DNA of 63,278 nt, filler included, from Sphacelaria rigidula (taxonomy: Eukaryota): the NCBI GenBank assembly GCA_964200075.2. It is 11 parts of 11 records of this genome, joined end to end, with 100 filler letters (N's around TTAATTAATTAA, not from the genome) between each part and the next. Parts side by side here need not be neighbours in the genome. Positions count along the whole stretch, not along the records: positions 46,096 to 51,756 come from CAXNAA020025467.1; positions 51,857 to 57,517 come from CAXNAA020025468.1; positions 57,618 to 63,278 come from CAXNAA020025469.1; 8 more parts are not named here. One strand, 5' to 3'. This document shows, in pieces, positions 50,936-63,278 of this stretch. Position numbers and translations under genes: made by a program. Positions within the stretch are counted from its first letter, which is position 1, and each line of letters starts with the position of its first letter. Under the pieces are notes generated by a model. The model was not told the origin of the DNA and did no database searches. It saw nothing but the letters and a program-made list of their open reading frames with translations.

Positions 50936-52544
50936 AAAACAGCCTGGATCCGTTTTTGAGGTTCAACATTTGGGTGACGTTGAAATCGCCATCGAAATTT
51001 CATTTGTTGCGTCCAATAGGCTCGAGATTCGCAAGCGGTTTCGACCATGTAACCCTAACCCAGAAGTTTCTGCACGGCAGCCCAAGCATGATGAGAAGTC
51101 CAACAGAAAAAAACATCGTCATTGTGCAGCAACGTTTGGGTAGGACCTGCCTCTAAGCGCTGCGGAACACGTATGGAAGCATGCTGAAAACATACTTCTT
51201 TGGACTAGTCATCGAGGTTTTGAGCGCCTCTTGTTGAGTGTCTGAGAGAGACTTGTTACTGTTGCGCCGGCGACGACCGCCGTGAGCGAAACGATCCAAT
51301 ACGGCAACAGACGTCAGCGATCTTTGAAACGCAGCATCATCCAGCAGTCTGCTGAGGTACAGCATCACCAGAGTACAGCATCACTACAGTACAGTCGTCA
51401 GTTGGATATAATGGATGCCACAATAAAGCTGCAAACACACACAACGGGGGTAAGGGTTAGTCCCACGCTTGGGGTTTTTTCGCCAGTAGCGCCCATGCGA
51501 GGCGCTTCATCCAGTCTGAACCAGCTATCACGCCTTGTATGGCCGCTTCCGCCATGGCTGTGTTGAGAACTGGTTTCGGGGTGGGGCTGTCGAAGCATAC
51601 TGTAGGGCAACGCGCTTGCGAAGTCCGGGCCGTTTTTTTTCACGTAGAACCCGCATCAGCTGTAGTTTGAACATTCCTCCTGTCGGTCCCAAAGGGGGTC
51701 TGAACTAGCGACGGAAAGTGCTGGCATCCTCTCCCTCAGATAGGAATTGTGACAACNNNNNNNNNNNNNNNNNNNNNNNNNNNNNNNNNNNNNNNNNNNN
51801 TTAATTAATTAANNNNNNNNNNNNNNNNNNNNNNNNNNNNNNNNNNNNNNNNNNNNCCCCCCCCCACCCCCCGCCCCGACTCTTGTGTTTCTTGTTCCTT
51901 GTTTTTTTGATGATGACCCCAGGTCTTCGATCAGTTTGCGCGGCCAGAAACTCCAGAAGAGCATGCACGACTCACTGCGTTAGCGCAGCACGCAGTGGCC
52001 AAGTGCTTGGGGAAACCCCCAGAGCAACCAGGCTGCGTGACTAGGCGAGTTCCCGTTTTCTCCCATCAACGGGGTATTTTCGAAGGTCCTTCCCTCAAAG
52101 TGAACAGTAGCGATATAGGAGTTTGTCACCACAACATCTGTTTTTTCATTTTCCAGTTAGACTGTCAAAATACGGTTGATACTATGGTACTGTCAATCTG
52201 TACCCCCGACTCGCACTATGTACGCGAGGTGCCGAACAGATGGAAGGGAACAGGTCAGCAAAAAGTCTTGGCCGTAAAACTGGTGTGGGCGCCACTTGCA
52301 GGCTGGTTACCTCGCATCTCTAATACTACTGTGGTTTCCGGGGGGTTCCGAATGGATGATGGCATTAGTACTATTTTTCTTGAAAATATATCTCCTTCGA
52401 ACCTACGTGGAGTAGCGTACTGCATTAGGCAAGAGGGTGAGGTATACGCAGACCATGGTGGAAGGAGTCACCGAGAGGCATGACGGGTTTCAACGATGGA
52501 CCGCAACAATCATGAAGGCATACGAATTGGCGGCGTACCACTTT

Positions 52545-52803
52545 TCTTGTATACCCGGGGTAGTAGCCCAGGTATCACCCGTTCCCCCCAAAAATGTTCT
52601 TACAAGATCAAAACGAAATGCTTTCCATTACCCGGGGGTATGGGTATATCATTGTAGAAATACCCGGTTCCGTGTGAGGGTTTCTGTACAAACCTCCTTA
52701 CCGTACCGGACGGGTATCGTGTATTGGATACCCGTACCCGAGCAGTTGTCTACGTGGCGTGAGACGTCCCATTCCCTACAAACATACCCGGACCCTGCCG
52801 AAC
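52545..52803. repeat. TACCCGG(G)-rich repeat element (related fragment at ~32660-32725)
   Basis: Repeated TACCCGG/CCGGGTA motifs. CCGGACCCTGCCG is reverse-complementary to CGGCAGGGTCCGG at ~32668. Confidence 0.55.
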
Positions 52804-53266
52804 GCAAACGTGAAAGAACCGCGTGCACAACTTGCTATCACAAGTAGGATACGATAGCGCTCATGCGGTTTGCATGCGGCCTGAGACACAGACGTGTTTC
52901 GAAAGATACGACGGGCAGCGGATCCGTGATGAAGAACCGAGAAGTACGGTGTGATGTACTGCTGGTTGCCCGACGCCCTGAAGCGATCTTCGAATTGTTA
53001 TCTCGTTGCTGTTGCACAGGTCTGAATTTGCGCTGTCGATGCTCCTTCTGCTAGATCGAATCAGCTACAAGGATTACCTTGAGGTCGCCCGCGTATTCGG
53101 TGAGATGGCCAACTACGGGCAGTTGCGTGTTGAAACAGCGCACCGTCGGGTGTGATTCTCGAAGAATGCGACGAGGAGATGTCGTCGATAGGCAGGTCTT
53201 GCAGATGGTGTCATTGCTTCGCCACTTTCCGATGGATGGATGTGTCGTTGCGGAGCGGGCAACTAT

Positions 53267-53378
53267 CTACCCACCTACCTACCTACCTACCTACCTACCT
53301 ACCTACCTACCTACCTACCTACCTACCTACCTACATACCTACCTACATACCTACATACCTACCTACCTACCTACCTAC
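53267..53378. repeat. (CTAC)n microsatellite
   Basis: About 28 CTAC/ATAC units. Confidence 0.97.
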
Positions 53379-56300
53379 TTGGCGTCTTGATCCAGATGCG
53401 CTCGTTTCATACTGACACAATGGGAAAGCGTGGGTGACCGACTCACTGGAGTTTCATACGCCCCCCTTGTATGTATAGAGCTTGATGGACACGAAGGTTT
53501 TTGTTGTCAAGTCAACCAAATACATCATATCAACGCGTCCGTAAACTCTGCGCTGGGCGACCGAGCGTCTTGTCGATGCTATGCGAAACAGCCGCTCAAC
53601 CTTAGGACTACCTGTCGCACCCTCTTGAAAGGTCCTGTTTGATGCGCGGTTTTTTGTGTCAATCTCTTGAGTAACACGTGACCACAAACCTTCGGGATTT
53701 TAACCCTTGGGGAACCCTCCCGTCCCGTCCCCGGTCCAGACGCCTCATTATTTCAAGCGCTGACAAAGAAGAAAATATGAGAAAAAAAATGCTGACAACA
53801 ACCCACCGACATACGTACGTCATGCTCGCACCAAAAATGTCGCCTGGGTGCGGTCGGAATCGTTTTTTTAATGAAGGAACGCAACGGGTCAAGTATGTTC
53901 AACAATGTGCACACGGCAAAAACCAGCACCGCGACCTCTGAACTCCATACAACAAAAATCAGCTCCACCTCTATATTTTCTATATATCTAGTCCCTTGTG
54001 GCACTGCGGCACACATTTATGTAGGTGATGCACCCCACCGGAGTATTGCTCTGCTGCAGTCCGGAGGTCGTACCCGCCCAACACTTGGCAAGCGTGCTAG
54101 GCCACATCACAGGAACAAAGTAGTACGGCTGAGCACACAGAAATCCCCTCACCACTCGTTGAAGGATTGAGGTGCGATACAGTGTTTACGCGATTCACTG
54201 CCAGTTAGAAGCGATCGCGGGTCTGAAAAAAACGCCTTGGGCAAAATCGTGGGGTTTGGTAGCTGCAAACAATCAACACTATGTTGTCGAAAAAAACAGC
54301 ACCTCAAAATCAGCACTTTTCCATTCCCGGTACTAAAAGGGTCAAGCGCTATCGAGGGAAGCGTTCCATAGAGGACTCCTCCGTGTGTGAGCTCTCCCGT
54401 GAAATCACCCACGAATTTGTAGGCACACCTGTCGTTGGACGACCTTTAGCTGGTCACCGTGAGCACTCCCCTTCTGCTGTATATTCGTTTCCTCAGGACG
54501 ATTCGAATCCTTGGAGATGACACGCTTTGCAGTTTTTTTTGGTTTTATCTCACTTCTCATCCCTCCACTTCTTCGGGGGCGACTGCGTGGTCTCGAGGGG
54601 TCAACCTACCTCTCCGCCGGTACACGCCTTACATTTTGGAATAATCGTGGATTCGATCAGCACTACTTGTACTACTCCGGCAACGCGGCGACTGTCGTCA
54701 AACAAACCAGTCAACCTCTTCGCCAGATTGAGTGTCTATTATTGCATGCGATTGAGTGTGAGCTTTTTAATTGCAAGGCGTTTTTTCTTTTATGTGTTGA
54801 TAAATGGATGAAAACACTGATATGTCTGATTGTCACGTGTGAATGATGTCGGTTTAGCAGATCACTCACCCTAGCAATCAAAGATTGATGCGAGAGACGT
54901 TGCAGAACGCCTCCAGATTTGGAGTCGTTACCTATACGGATGTTGATACAGGCTGACTCTCGGTGAACGATCCGAATTTACTCCCCAGAAATCCTTCACG
55001 CCGTTTTTTCGAGTTAGACCCTGAAACTTTGTACACGGGACGATGTTTTCGTGAGATTGAGAATATAGCGTATGATCGACAGTGAAAAGCCCATTAGTGA
55101 ATAATTCGTTTTAGTTCAGAAATGCCCCTCCACGGGGCCCGATATGCTTCCTGTAGTAGCTTGCCACTGAGGCCCTTGATGTCCCTGAGTAGGATATCGA
55201 CGTGTAGCTGCACACGCCAGTGACGGAGGCAAAGAAAAGCACACACCGAATGAAAAGTTGGCTAGGTTACAGCGAATGATCAAATCCATTCCCAATCAAC
55301 GCTGGACAATTTCACGAGAACGTTGTTACGGGTCGCATGGGGCGCCTCCTGGGATCCCGGATATCTGGCGGAAAAAATATCGGCAGACCCCATCCATACA
55401 GCCCTTTAAAGTATCTCGGAGCATCCGTGTGCAAAATTTCAGGGTCTAACTCGCAAAAATGGCGCAAAGGATTTCTCGTATGTGCGTTGAAATGAATATA
55501 CAGGTGTACGCGGAATCCGCCTAATCACTTGATTTTAGTATGATATCGACGCAGTCCTTGTGCGCTTGAGCTTGAATCGACCGTTTGGGATCAGCTTTTC
55601 GAGTTACGCAACGGAACTTTGTACAAACGTTCCTTGGACTACCTACGGGGCGAGTCAAGCATGATCTTATAAGTTTTAAGCAACCTGTATCGCCTTTTGG
55701 GATCTTCGCGCTGGAACCCCGGAAAGACGGTAGACAGCGGATGTAGTTTATTCTTCAATAGTTTTCGTCCCCATTTGTAGCACCCATATCTGCCAAACTG
55801 CTAAGTTTAAGGATTCATCAGAGATTTTTTGCGAAAGTTGCGAGAGAAAATGTGGAGAGGCTTCCTGGATCTTCGACGCTTGCTTGTGGGGGTTACTGTG
55901 ATGCCAAATATGTTTATATCGGGTCGGTATTGCGTTTTGTTTCTTCTGAGGAAAACATTTTTGGCGTTCACCCCGCACCGGGTGTAGAGAACAGTACATT
56001 TTGTTGAACTAACATGAAAATGATGGCAATAGCAATATCGATGATCTGAACATTTCTCTTCTTGAGCAGGTTCCGATTATACGTTGCACATGATGACGTG
56101 CATTCCAAAAATGCTTTTTCGATCAATGTGCTGAATGCAGGTGTAGGTTTTCAACCCATTGCGATTTAAAAACATTGGATGCTGATGTTCGCTTTCGGAC
56201 GATGTATCCCACGACTAGCTCTTCGGAATGCGAATCCTTTGAACCGCGAGAGTTCTTCAACTGTTTTTACACAGTAACGTTTCGAGTGGAAACGATGCCG

Positions 56301-56639
56301 ATCCCACAAGTGGACACGTGCGGTGCTAAATCTCCGTTCGTAGAATCGGCGCATCGTTTTTACGTTCCAAATGTAATTGTGCTGAAAAGCTCTCTTTATC
56401 AAGTGTGGACACTCGATCTGGTGACGAAGTTATTACTTTGTTTTGTACGCACCTCCTGACGTTTCAACGAGAGAAAACCCAGCCTTACCTGCCGAGGTTC
56501 GAACCCTCCATCTTCCGCCGTAACTGGTTCCAGCTGTATATTTTTGTTCAGGCTGCCGGGTCTCGGCGGCGAATATGTTTACATATTAGGGATAGCCCCA
56601 ACTCCCCCCCGCCGGCCCCCTGTCTCTAGAAGTGGGAAT

Positions 56640-56886
56640 TCGTGAAATAAATAAACTCGTTCGAGGCTGTCATCCATATGCATGAAAGTTGGTATGCTTA
56701 CGGCCGAACAATCTTGGTGAAATGCAACCCACCCTTCATGTGACTCGCCGGACACATCACGGTGCTTGCGCTTGTTGACTGCGAGCCTGGTCCGGCGAAA
56801 ACCCGGTGTGCTCCGCTCCGGCTTTGTAGGGATGCAAGGTTGATGATCTCATGACTTTGACTACTGAATGCAAGATCATGAGTACA
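56640..56886 (+). mobile_element. C-tract retroposon form B, 5'-truncated (~250 bp)
   Basis: Aligns to the 3' half of 56908-57436 and ends in GATCATGAGTACA+CCCCCC. The 5' boundary is approximate. Confidence 0.85.
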
Positions 56887-56907
56887 CCCCCCACCTGTGC
56901 GTCTACT

Positions 56908-57436
56908 CCCTTTCAAAAGTTGGCGTTGGTCGTCAACAACGCTGTAAACACGGCACTCACTGCGCATGCAAGGGGACTACGTTGCCGTTTCTTTTTCTCG
57001 TTTGTATTTTTTTGCGGTATCCACGATGGTAGTCGAGTTGGATCATTTTGTGTGTGGTGAAAAAATTCCATTCCGCGCAAAGGGGATGATCATACTACGT
57101 TGTGTTTCAATGGTGAGACACCCATGAGGCAGTGAGGCAGTGCTATGGCATGATCATGAGTACACATGAGGCAGTGTAAGCCGTGGCTGTCTCTGGACGT
57201 GGCGATAGCAGAAAATGAAGACACTCATTGTAGACTGTCTTCCATATGCAAGATGCTTGGTACGCTTCGGGCCCGACAATCTTAGCAGGATGTAGCTCAC
57301 CCTGCGAGTCGCGGAATACATGACGGCGCTTCGCACTTGGTGATGGATTGCGAGCCTGGTCGGGCGTGCTCCGTCCCGGCTTTATAGGGATGCGAGGTCA
57401 ACGATCTAAGACCACGGCGTGCAAGATCATGAGTAC
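56908..57436 (+). mobile_element. C-tract retroposon, full-length form B, with a nested 22-nt B 3' end
   Basis: Colinear with 16587-17084 (reverse). Extra CTATGGCATGATCATGAGTACA at 57143-57164, flanked by CATGAGGCAGTG. Confidence 0.87.
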
Positions 57437-57455
57437 CCCCCCCCCCTCCCCCTGC

Positions 57456-57517
57456 TGCTCCGTCTCGAAAGGGATGCGTGGTCAATGGTCAAATGACTAA
57501 GGCAAGCAACAAATGAG
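57456..57517 (+). mobile_element. C-tract retroposon form A (cut by contig end)
   Basis: TGCTCCGTCTCGAAAGGGATGCG...AACAAATGAG directly after the C-run that ends form B. Confidence 0.9.
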
Positions 57518-57714
57518 NNNNNNNNNNNNNNNNNNNNNNNNNNNNNNNNNNNNNNNNNNNNTTAATTAATTAANNNNNNNNNNNNNNNNNNNNNNNNNNN
57601 NNNNNNNNNNNNNNNNNGTACAGATCATGATTTATGCCCCAAATGAGCTGACCCGGATCTGTCACGACCTGATCCGTCCGACGTGTGGAATAGTTAGACC
57701 ACCCACTACTGTAA

Positions 57715-57840
57715 CTCAGCCACCATCACGGTTACCGCCAAAAAAATCCAAGCGAAAAATATACGGTAAATCCTAGCCTACGCAATGAGTGACCTGTTTT
57801 ACAGCGTCATCGCCAACCGTGGCCAACACTTAAAGGGGGG
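57715..57840 (-). mobile_element. 5' part of form B, truncated by a Tc1-type MITE end (TIR at 57689-57710)
   Basis: CCTAGCCTACGCAATGAGTG...TTTTACAGCGTC...GCCAAC+G-run matches 17023-17090. Confidence 0.7.
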
Positions 57841-58380
57841 AAGGGGCGGGGGTGCTCGCAACCGAAGGAGCTACAGCGTTGTAGCATCGAGGGTGTCGGC
57901 ATTGAGGGGTAGCTGGCGACATTTCTCCGGCCAGGCGGCCTTGCGCCCGGAGGAGTAGCTCCTCGGACGCTAGAACCCTTTTCACAACAGTTTCATCTGT
58001 GGACCTTTAACGCCTATAGCCTCGAGCTTAGAGGGTGAGCCACCCTGCACTGTGTGCGCCTGGGTTGGTGTTGCATGCTGCCGACCCTGTACAATAGACT
58101 GCATTATCAAGAAAATTGTACTGCGTACGTTATCGACTAATGCGTCTACTGCAATAGAGAGTAGATCCCGTACTGAACGCAGCACACTTCTTGATAATGT
58201 AACCTATTATCGTCATCCAGGGTGTGGTTGGTATGCTGCAGTATTTCCTGTTGGGCCTTCAGTGTTTTTTTCCCCCCGTGTCTACGCTGGCTTTTCTTGT
58301 GTTACTTGCTGTCGTGTCTTTTTGTCTCACACGTGATTTTTTGTTCCATCTGCTCGCTGAAAACGAACATGATGGTACAG

Positions 58381-61300
58381 GAACTACGACGAAGACGGAG
58401 ATGGTCTGATGACGGTTCAGGATTTCTTGCGCCTCTTCAGAGACAGGTATCTTGTACGCGCAGAGGACAAAGTACGTACACATGTACACGACAGAATAGC
58501 TTGATCATGATGTGTATTGAATTATATTGACTTTAGTATGCGCTGAACCGGAGGCTCTATGCCGTGTTCGACGTCAATGAAATGGGTAGACTCATGAGCC
58601 CGCACGATGACAACATGGCGTCATCGCTACAACATGTGTACGCTGCGTGTAGCTGCTGCTCTTGCAGATAGACAGCATGGCCTTCGTGTGTTGCACCGCT
58701 TTTTGACTCGAACAGCTTTGACGCCGTGGATCGTGTCCATGCACGAGGGCTGTAGTATCTTTGGTCCTTGTCAAGATTTGTTGTGCCGGCGCCAATCGCC
58801 GTGCATCTTGTGGTGTGTGTGATGATTTGATGATGTGATGAAGATAAGGAGGAAAGTCGCGGGTGCGAATTCCGACAAGCACAGGGTTTATGAGCAGAAT
58901 CTGGTTGCTTCCGTTGAGAAAATTTTACGAGAGTTGACGGGGTGAAGGAGTGGTCATTATGCAATCCTCGGTGGCAACGCGTCAGGCACGTAAGGGGGGA
59001 GACAGGTTGATGCCTTGAGAGTAGCGTGCTGTTATTGATGCACGGAGGGGATAAAAGTATGACGATACGATGTATGAATGTGTATGTGATCAGTTTTCAT
59101 CATTTTGCGGAGACGGTGATCGTGATCGCCGTTCACCCTTTGCGTTTGACGCTGGTTCGCCGTCCTTGTCTTGTGCGGGGCTCACCGCGTGGGTACCTGT
59201 GCTTGGTACTCGTGGTTCCCGCCGGGCTGCGACGGCGATGAACTGGGCATTGTCAACGTCCCGCGGTTTCATCGCTACTATCGATGGCCGCGATAAACTT
59301 GACGTACATCGATTCGGCGCGATTCCTCGCGACCCCGAGCAGCTCGAAGGATATGCCCGAAGTAGTGTGGAGCAACCTGAAGGCGCACAAGTTTCAAGAA
59401 GATCTCACCAGGCCTTCGGACCATGAGGGCTTTTGCGATGTAAGATTGTAAGATACGAAAGCCGGCGTCGATGCTCCCGTAACAGAACTTCTCATGCAGT
59501 TCTGCCAGGGTCGAAAACCTGCTCTGCACTGTTGATACTCCGCTGGAATGAAAAGCGGGTGGATCATACCCGCAGTGAAGGACACCTTTTACTCCTTTTG
59601 TTTTTCGCCCTTCTCTAAGGTCTTGACGGGTCAGCGGTGTTGATGCACTCATCTCGGATCTGAGCCTCGTCGATTGCTTCAGTTGGCTCTGCCCCACGTG
59701 CGTGACATTTGGCAGGGAACGGTCACTACTGTATCGCCACTGTGCGGGAGACATCGTCATCACAAATCATCGCTTTACAACGCTTTACAAATGTCTCTCA
59801 AACCAGGTTTCAGGATCAACCCCCAAGTAGTTGAATATTTAGTTGGTTGATTGACTTTCGCGCATACATTCCCCCGCCATGATGCCAACCGCGACTCCAA
59901 ATCTTAGTAGCATAACGGGAATCCTAACCCACGTCCGTGATACCAGGAGGAACAACAGGCCGAGACACCAAGCAGCCGGAACATCCCCCGCAGCATCATC
60001 TCCCGCGACGCGCGCAGCGTGGACAGGCTACTCTCCGCTCTCTCTCTCGGAGGGCCGGCGGCCACCGCGGCCTGGCGGTTCCTCATGCGCCTACCCACCA
60101 ACCCCGACATGCTCGCCGTCGTGCGGTCGCTCGAAGGAATCCGCACCGACCAAGGGAACATCGGGGGTGGAAGAGACGGGGACGGCGCGGCGGGAGCGAC
60201 CAAGTGGAAAGCGTTGCTTGGACCTCCCGGGTCGCACAAGATGCTCTACACGCTCCAGATCATTGAGGGGGTCTTGGAGAGTGTCGCTGGGTATGACGGT
60301 CGGGGTAAGGGAGACTTGCTCTGTTCCAGTGAAGTTGAGCGCGGCGGGGTGGACCGCGTGCGGTGGGCGACGGAGTTCGTCCGCAGCCAAGGGTTCGCAC
60401 AATTGTGCGAGGCGGTGTTGACGCCGGGGTTATTCGGCGATGAACATCCGAGGAGCATGGTGGATGTCCAACAAGCTTGTTTGGTGAGACGGGCGTGTTT
60501 GTGGGGGAGGTGGGGTGGGGGGTTGAGCTTCGATTTCGCCTTGCGTGCAGCAGCACGGAAGCGTTTTTTTGTCCCGAATCTCGCAGTTGTTGTATTTATC
60601 GTGGCCGCCATACGTGCGCTTGATGTTGGGAATCTGCGCAAAGTTCGGTGTGATCAGTTTCCTGCAAAAAAATTCCATAAGGATCCCAAGATGCTTTGAA
60701 TTAGCAGCTCCGAGCTGATCCGCGTACACAATGTCTCGTCAAATACGTACAGAGCTCCCCGGTAAATAAAATATTCGACTCGTGGTCGTGTTCGATTGCT
60801 GTGCTAACGAAATATCGAAACAGGCGCTGATCCTAAAGGTGGTTCGTGTTTTCCTGCTAGGAGTGCTGTCCGTTCCTCCGCCCAGTCCTTCCAAGGTCAC
60901 CGCCGTCGACAAAATTGTTCAGGATACCGAGTCATCGGCGGCGACGGTAGCGGTCGACAACACGGACGTGGCGACTTCGAGCACAGACAGCGCGTCCAAC
61001 GCTGACGCGGCCAGCGCCGCGGGTAGCGTGACGGGACAGCCGGGAGATGAGTGGAAGGAAGTAGCGTTGTATCCCGACCTCATGAAGTGCGAGGGCATCT
61101 ACGAAGACGGTCCACAAGTCTCGCCTGCGGTGGTGTCGCTGGATGGCGGCGATGATAGCACGACCTTTGCGACTCCTCCGACGGTCACGAAGGGGCTGCC
61201 GGGGAAGCGGCCACGCGGTGGGGATGGCCAAGTCCGACTAGGGTTGGAAGTGTTGGGGAATGTGGGGAGCAAGGGCTTGTGGGAGTCTCTGCCGGGAGAC

Positions 61301-63019
61301 GCGAGGGATGCTGTGCTGGCGGCGGCGCAGTTTCCCGCCCTGCAGGTGGGTGCAAGCTCATGATTATTCTTCGTGTGTCGTGTTTGATGATGGAAATGTA
61401 CAAGTTCGTCGTGGAGTTGGGGTGACGGTGTTCGGAAGCGAAGACTTACAGTGACAGAATAGGACACGGCATCTGTTCTATGGTGATTGTCGTGCGAACT
61501 GTTCGTGCGGTCTGCGACCGGGAAGTTTTGTTGGTGTTGTTGACGGAGGCACGATGCAGTATGTGTCGTTTGTAGTCCAATTCTGAAAATCTTGCTGTAG
61601 ACGGTACACACGCGTACATACACACATCAAGTTTTGGCGTGAAGAGAGGTATTCGCATCCGCATTGTTTCGCCCACGTGCGGTACACCGATCTTCAAGAA
61701 GCAGGTGGCGCGTTCATGTCACCATCTTGCATGCATCTCCATTTAGGTCTTGCTGTGCATGACTTTCTACTCCTTCATACCCAAACTCCCGGCGGCTGCT
61801 CCGTCTCGTATCTACCGTGCCCGTCGTCCGAATCTACACGGGGGATGATTTCCGTGCAGGCGCGTCTCATGAAGCTGGTGGGCGTGGCCGCTGATGTAGC
61901 CGACGCCAGGATGCAGCGACCACTATGCTCTACCGGGGCCGCCTCACCCTTGAACTTGTTCGGGTGCGTTGGGGAAGGCTCCACCGCGGACGCCATGGCA
62001 CGAGAGGCGCTGTTGCTCTGGGTTGGGATTTCGAGCGCACCGCAGCATTGTTCAAACGGGAGAAAAACTGAAGTCGGGGCAGGCGGCGTAGGCGGCGGTG
62101 AAAAAGCAGGCGATAGTTTGTGCCCGCCGAGGACGCTGGAGGATCTGGATGCGCCGGTATTGAAGGGGATTTTTTGCGCGAGCGATGCCATTAGGCTTCG
62201 ACTCGCGAAGTCTCTTTTGTCTGTGTGTGGTGTGGATATTCCTGAGGTGGAGGCGGAGGATAGTGGTGCGGTCCCGGGTGACATCGCTGGTATTGAGGAT
62301 GCCGACGTGGTAGTGCAGGAAGGGGGAGCTGAAAATATTGAAGAAGTGAGTGGGGATGGTGGGGGCGTTGCTGTACAAACGGATGCGGATGTTCTTGTGG
62401 AGGAGGGTGCTGTGGAGTTAGAAAACAAGAAGAGTACTGCTGGAAAGCTCACGCCGAAAGAAGCGCAGGTTGTAGAATATGACACCTTCGGTGCTCACAC
62501 TGCATCTGCGGCGGATACGGAAGATATGATATTTGAGGATGAGCTACCGGGGCACATAGTGAGGTTACTTCTCGACAACATACCCCGGCCGGAAGGAGCG
62601 GCCGGAGGAGGCTTGCCCGGCGGGGCTCTTGAGAATGAGGCATTTTCTCGTGCATCGGGAGCCGTTGTTCCCGGGACTGTCGTGGGACGGCGGAGCGACT
62701 GCACGGAACTGTTCACGGTATTGTGTACTTTGGTGGGGGAGTCGATGAAGGTGGGCGTTGGCCGTGACCGTCGACCTTCGAAGAAACCGGCGCTAGACGT
62801 GCAAGAGTTGTTGTCGGACCTTGTTGCACGTCTCGTGGCGCACCCGTGTACCGAACGAAGGGGGTCGAAGGAGGACGAAAAGGACACGTTACTCGTGGGT
62901 TTGTTAAATCTGGGAGTTACAGTGGTGGAGGCGTGTCCGGAGTCTGCCGGGCCATTGGGAAAGGATCTTGTGGAAACGCTCCTGGAAGATTTCCTTTTCG
63001 CCCCGCCAAGACCTGCCAG
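58381..63019 (+). CDS. Internal exons of a large USP9X/USP24/USP34-like ubiquitin C-terminal hydrolase (non-catalytic region) with an EF-hand-like insert
   Basis: Phase-compatible AG/GT exons 58381-58446, 59343-59439, 59947-60483, 60824-61345 and 61860-63019. The spliced product includes YDEDGDGLMTVQDFLRLFRDSSKDMPEVVWSNLKAH, AWRFLMRLPTNP, KMLYTLQIIE, WATEFVRSQGFAQL, DTLLVGLLNL and LLEDFLF, which resemble this family's helical region. The catalytic domain is not in the window. Confidence 0.72.
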
Positions 63020-63278
63020 GTATATGTTCGGGGGAGGTGGTTCTTGTTTCTTGGAAATATGAAAATATCCGTCGACGGTGTGAGTTTACTTGTGTGCGTC
63101 GAGGGCGGACTTGGTTTTGAGATTAGCAATCTTCCACGATTCAGACGAATCATTGCCGGCTCGAATCACCAAATCCACGACTTTTTCAGGCCTGATTGTT
63201 CGAAAGAGAAAAAAAAAAGTCCACCGATGGTCGGAAAGGTTCCCACGTAACATTTGCGCCATTCCGTGTGCCTGGGCT

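Noticed and set aside
53079..53437. PTYL-repeat ORFs
   Set aside because: These are translations of the (CTAC)n microsatellite.

Overview
This window is not one locus. It is 11 unrelated ~5.66-kb contigs (5663 to 5661 bp, in descending length) joined by an artificial 100-bp linker (N44-TTAATTAATTAA-N44). The DNA is eukaryotic, intron-rich and repeat-rich. It looks most like a brown alga (Phaeophyceae, Ectocarpus-like), which is an inference from repeat and gene style. Host genes: a multi-exon USP9X/24/34-like deubiquitinase fragment, a multi-WW-domain gene or pseudogene, and exons of an acidic low-complexity protein. Mobile DNA: a Ty3/Gypsy gag-protease remnant, a decayed RTE-like LINE, a possible Plavaka-like transposase relic, tRNA-derived SINEs, and MITEs with hAT, Tc1/mariner, CMC, 4-bp-TSD and 7-bp-TSD signatures. 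The most striking signal is a tail-less, C-tract-targeting retroposon-like family present in most contigs. It has a ~500-bp long form (B), 5'-truncated B pieces as short as 22 nt, and a fixed-length 67-nt form (A). Form A equals the self-closing, tRNA-like 3' RNA domain of form B. Copies end in GAGTAC(A/G) followed by a C run, carry variable-length target duplications starting with the C run, and stack at the same site.
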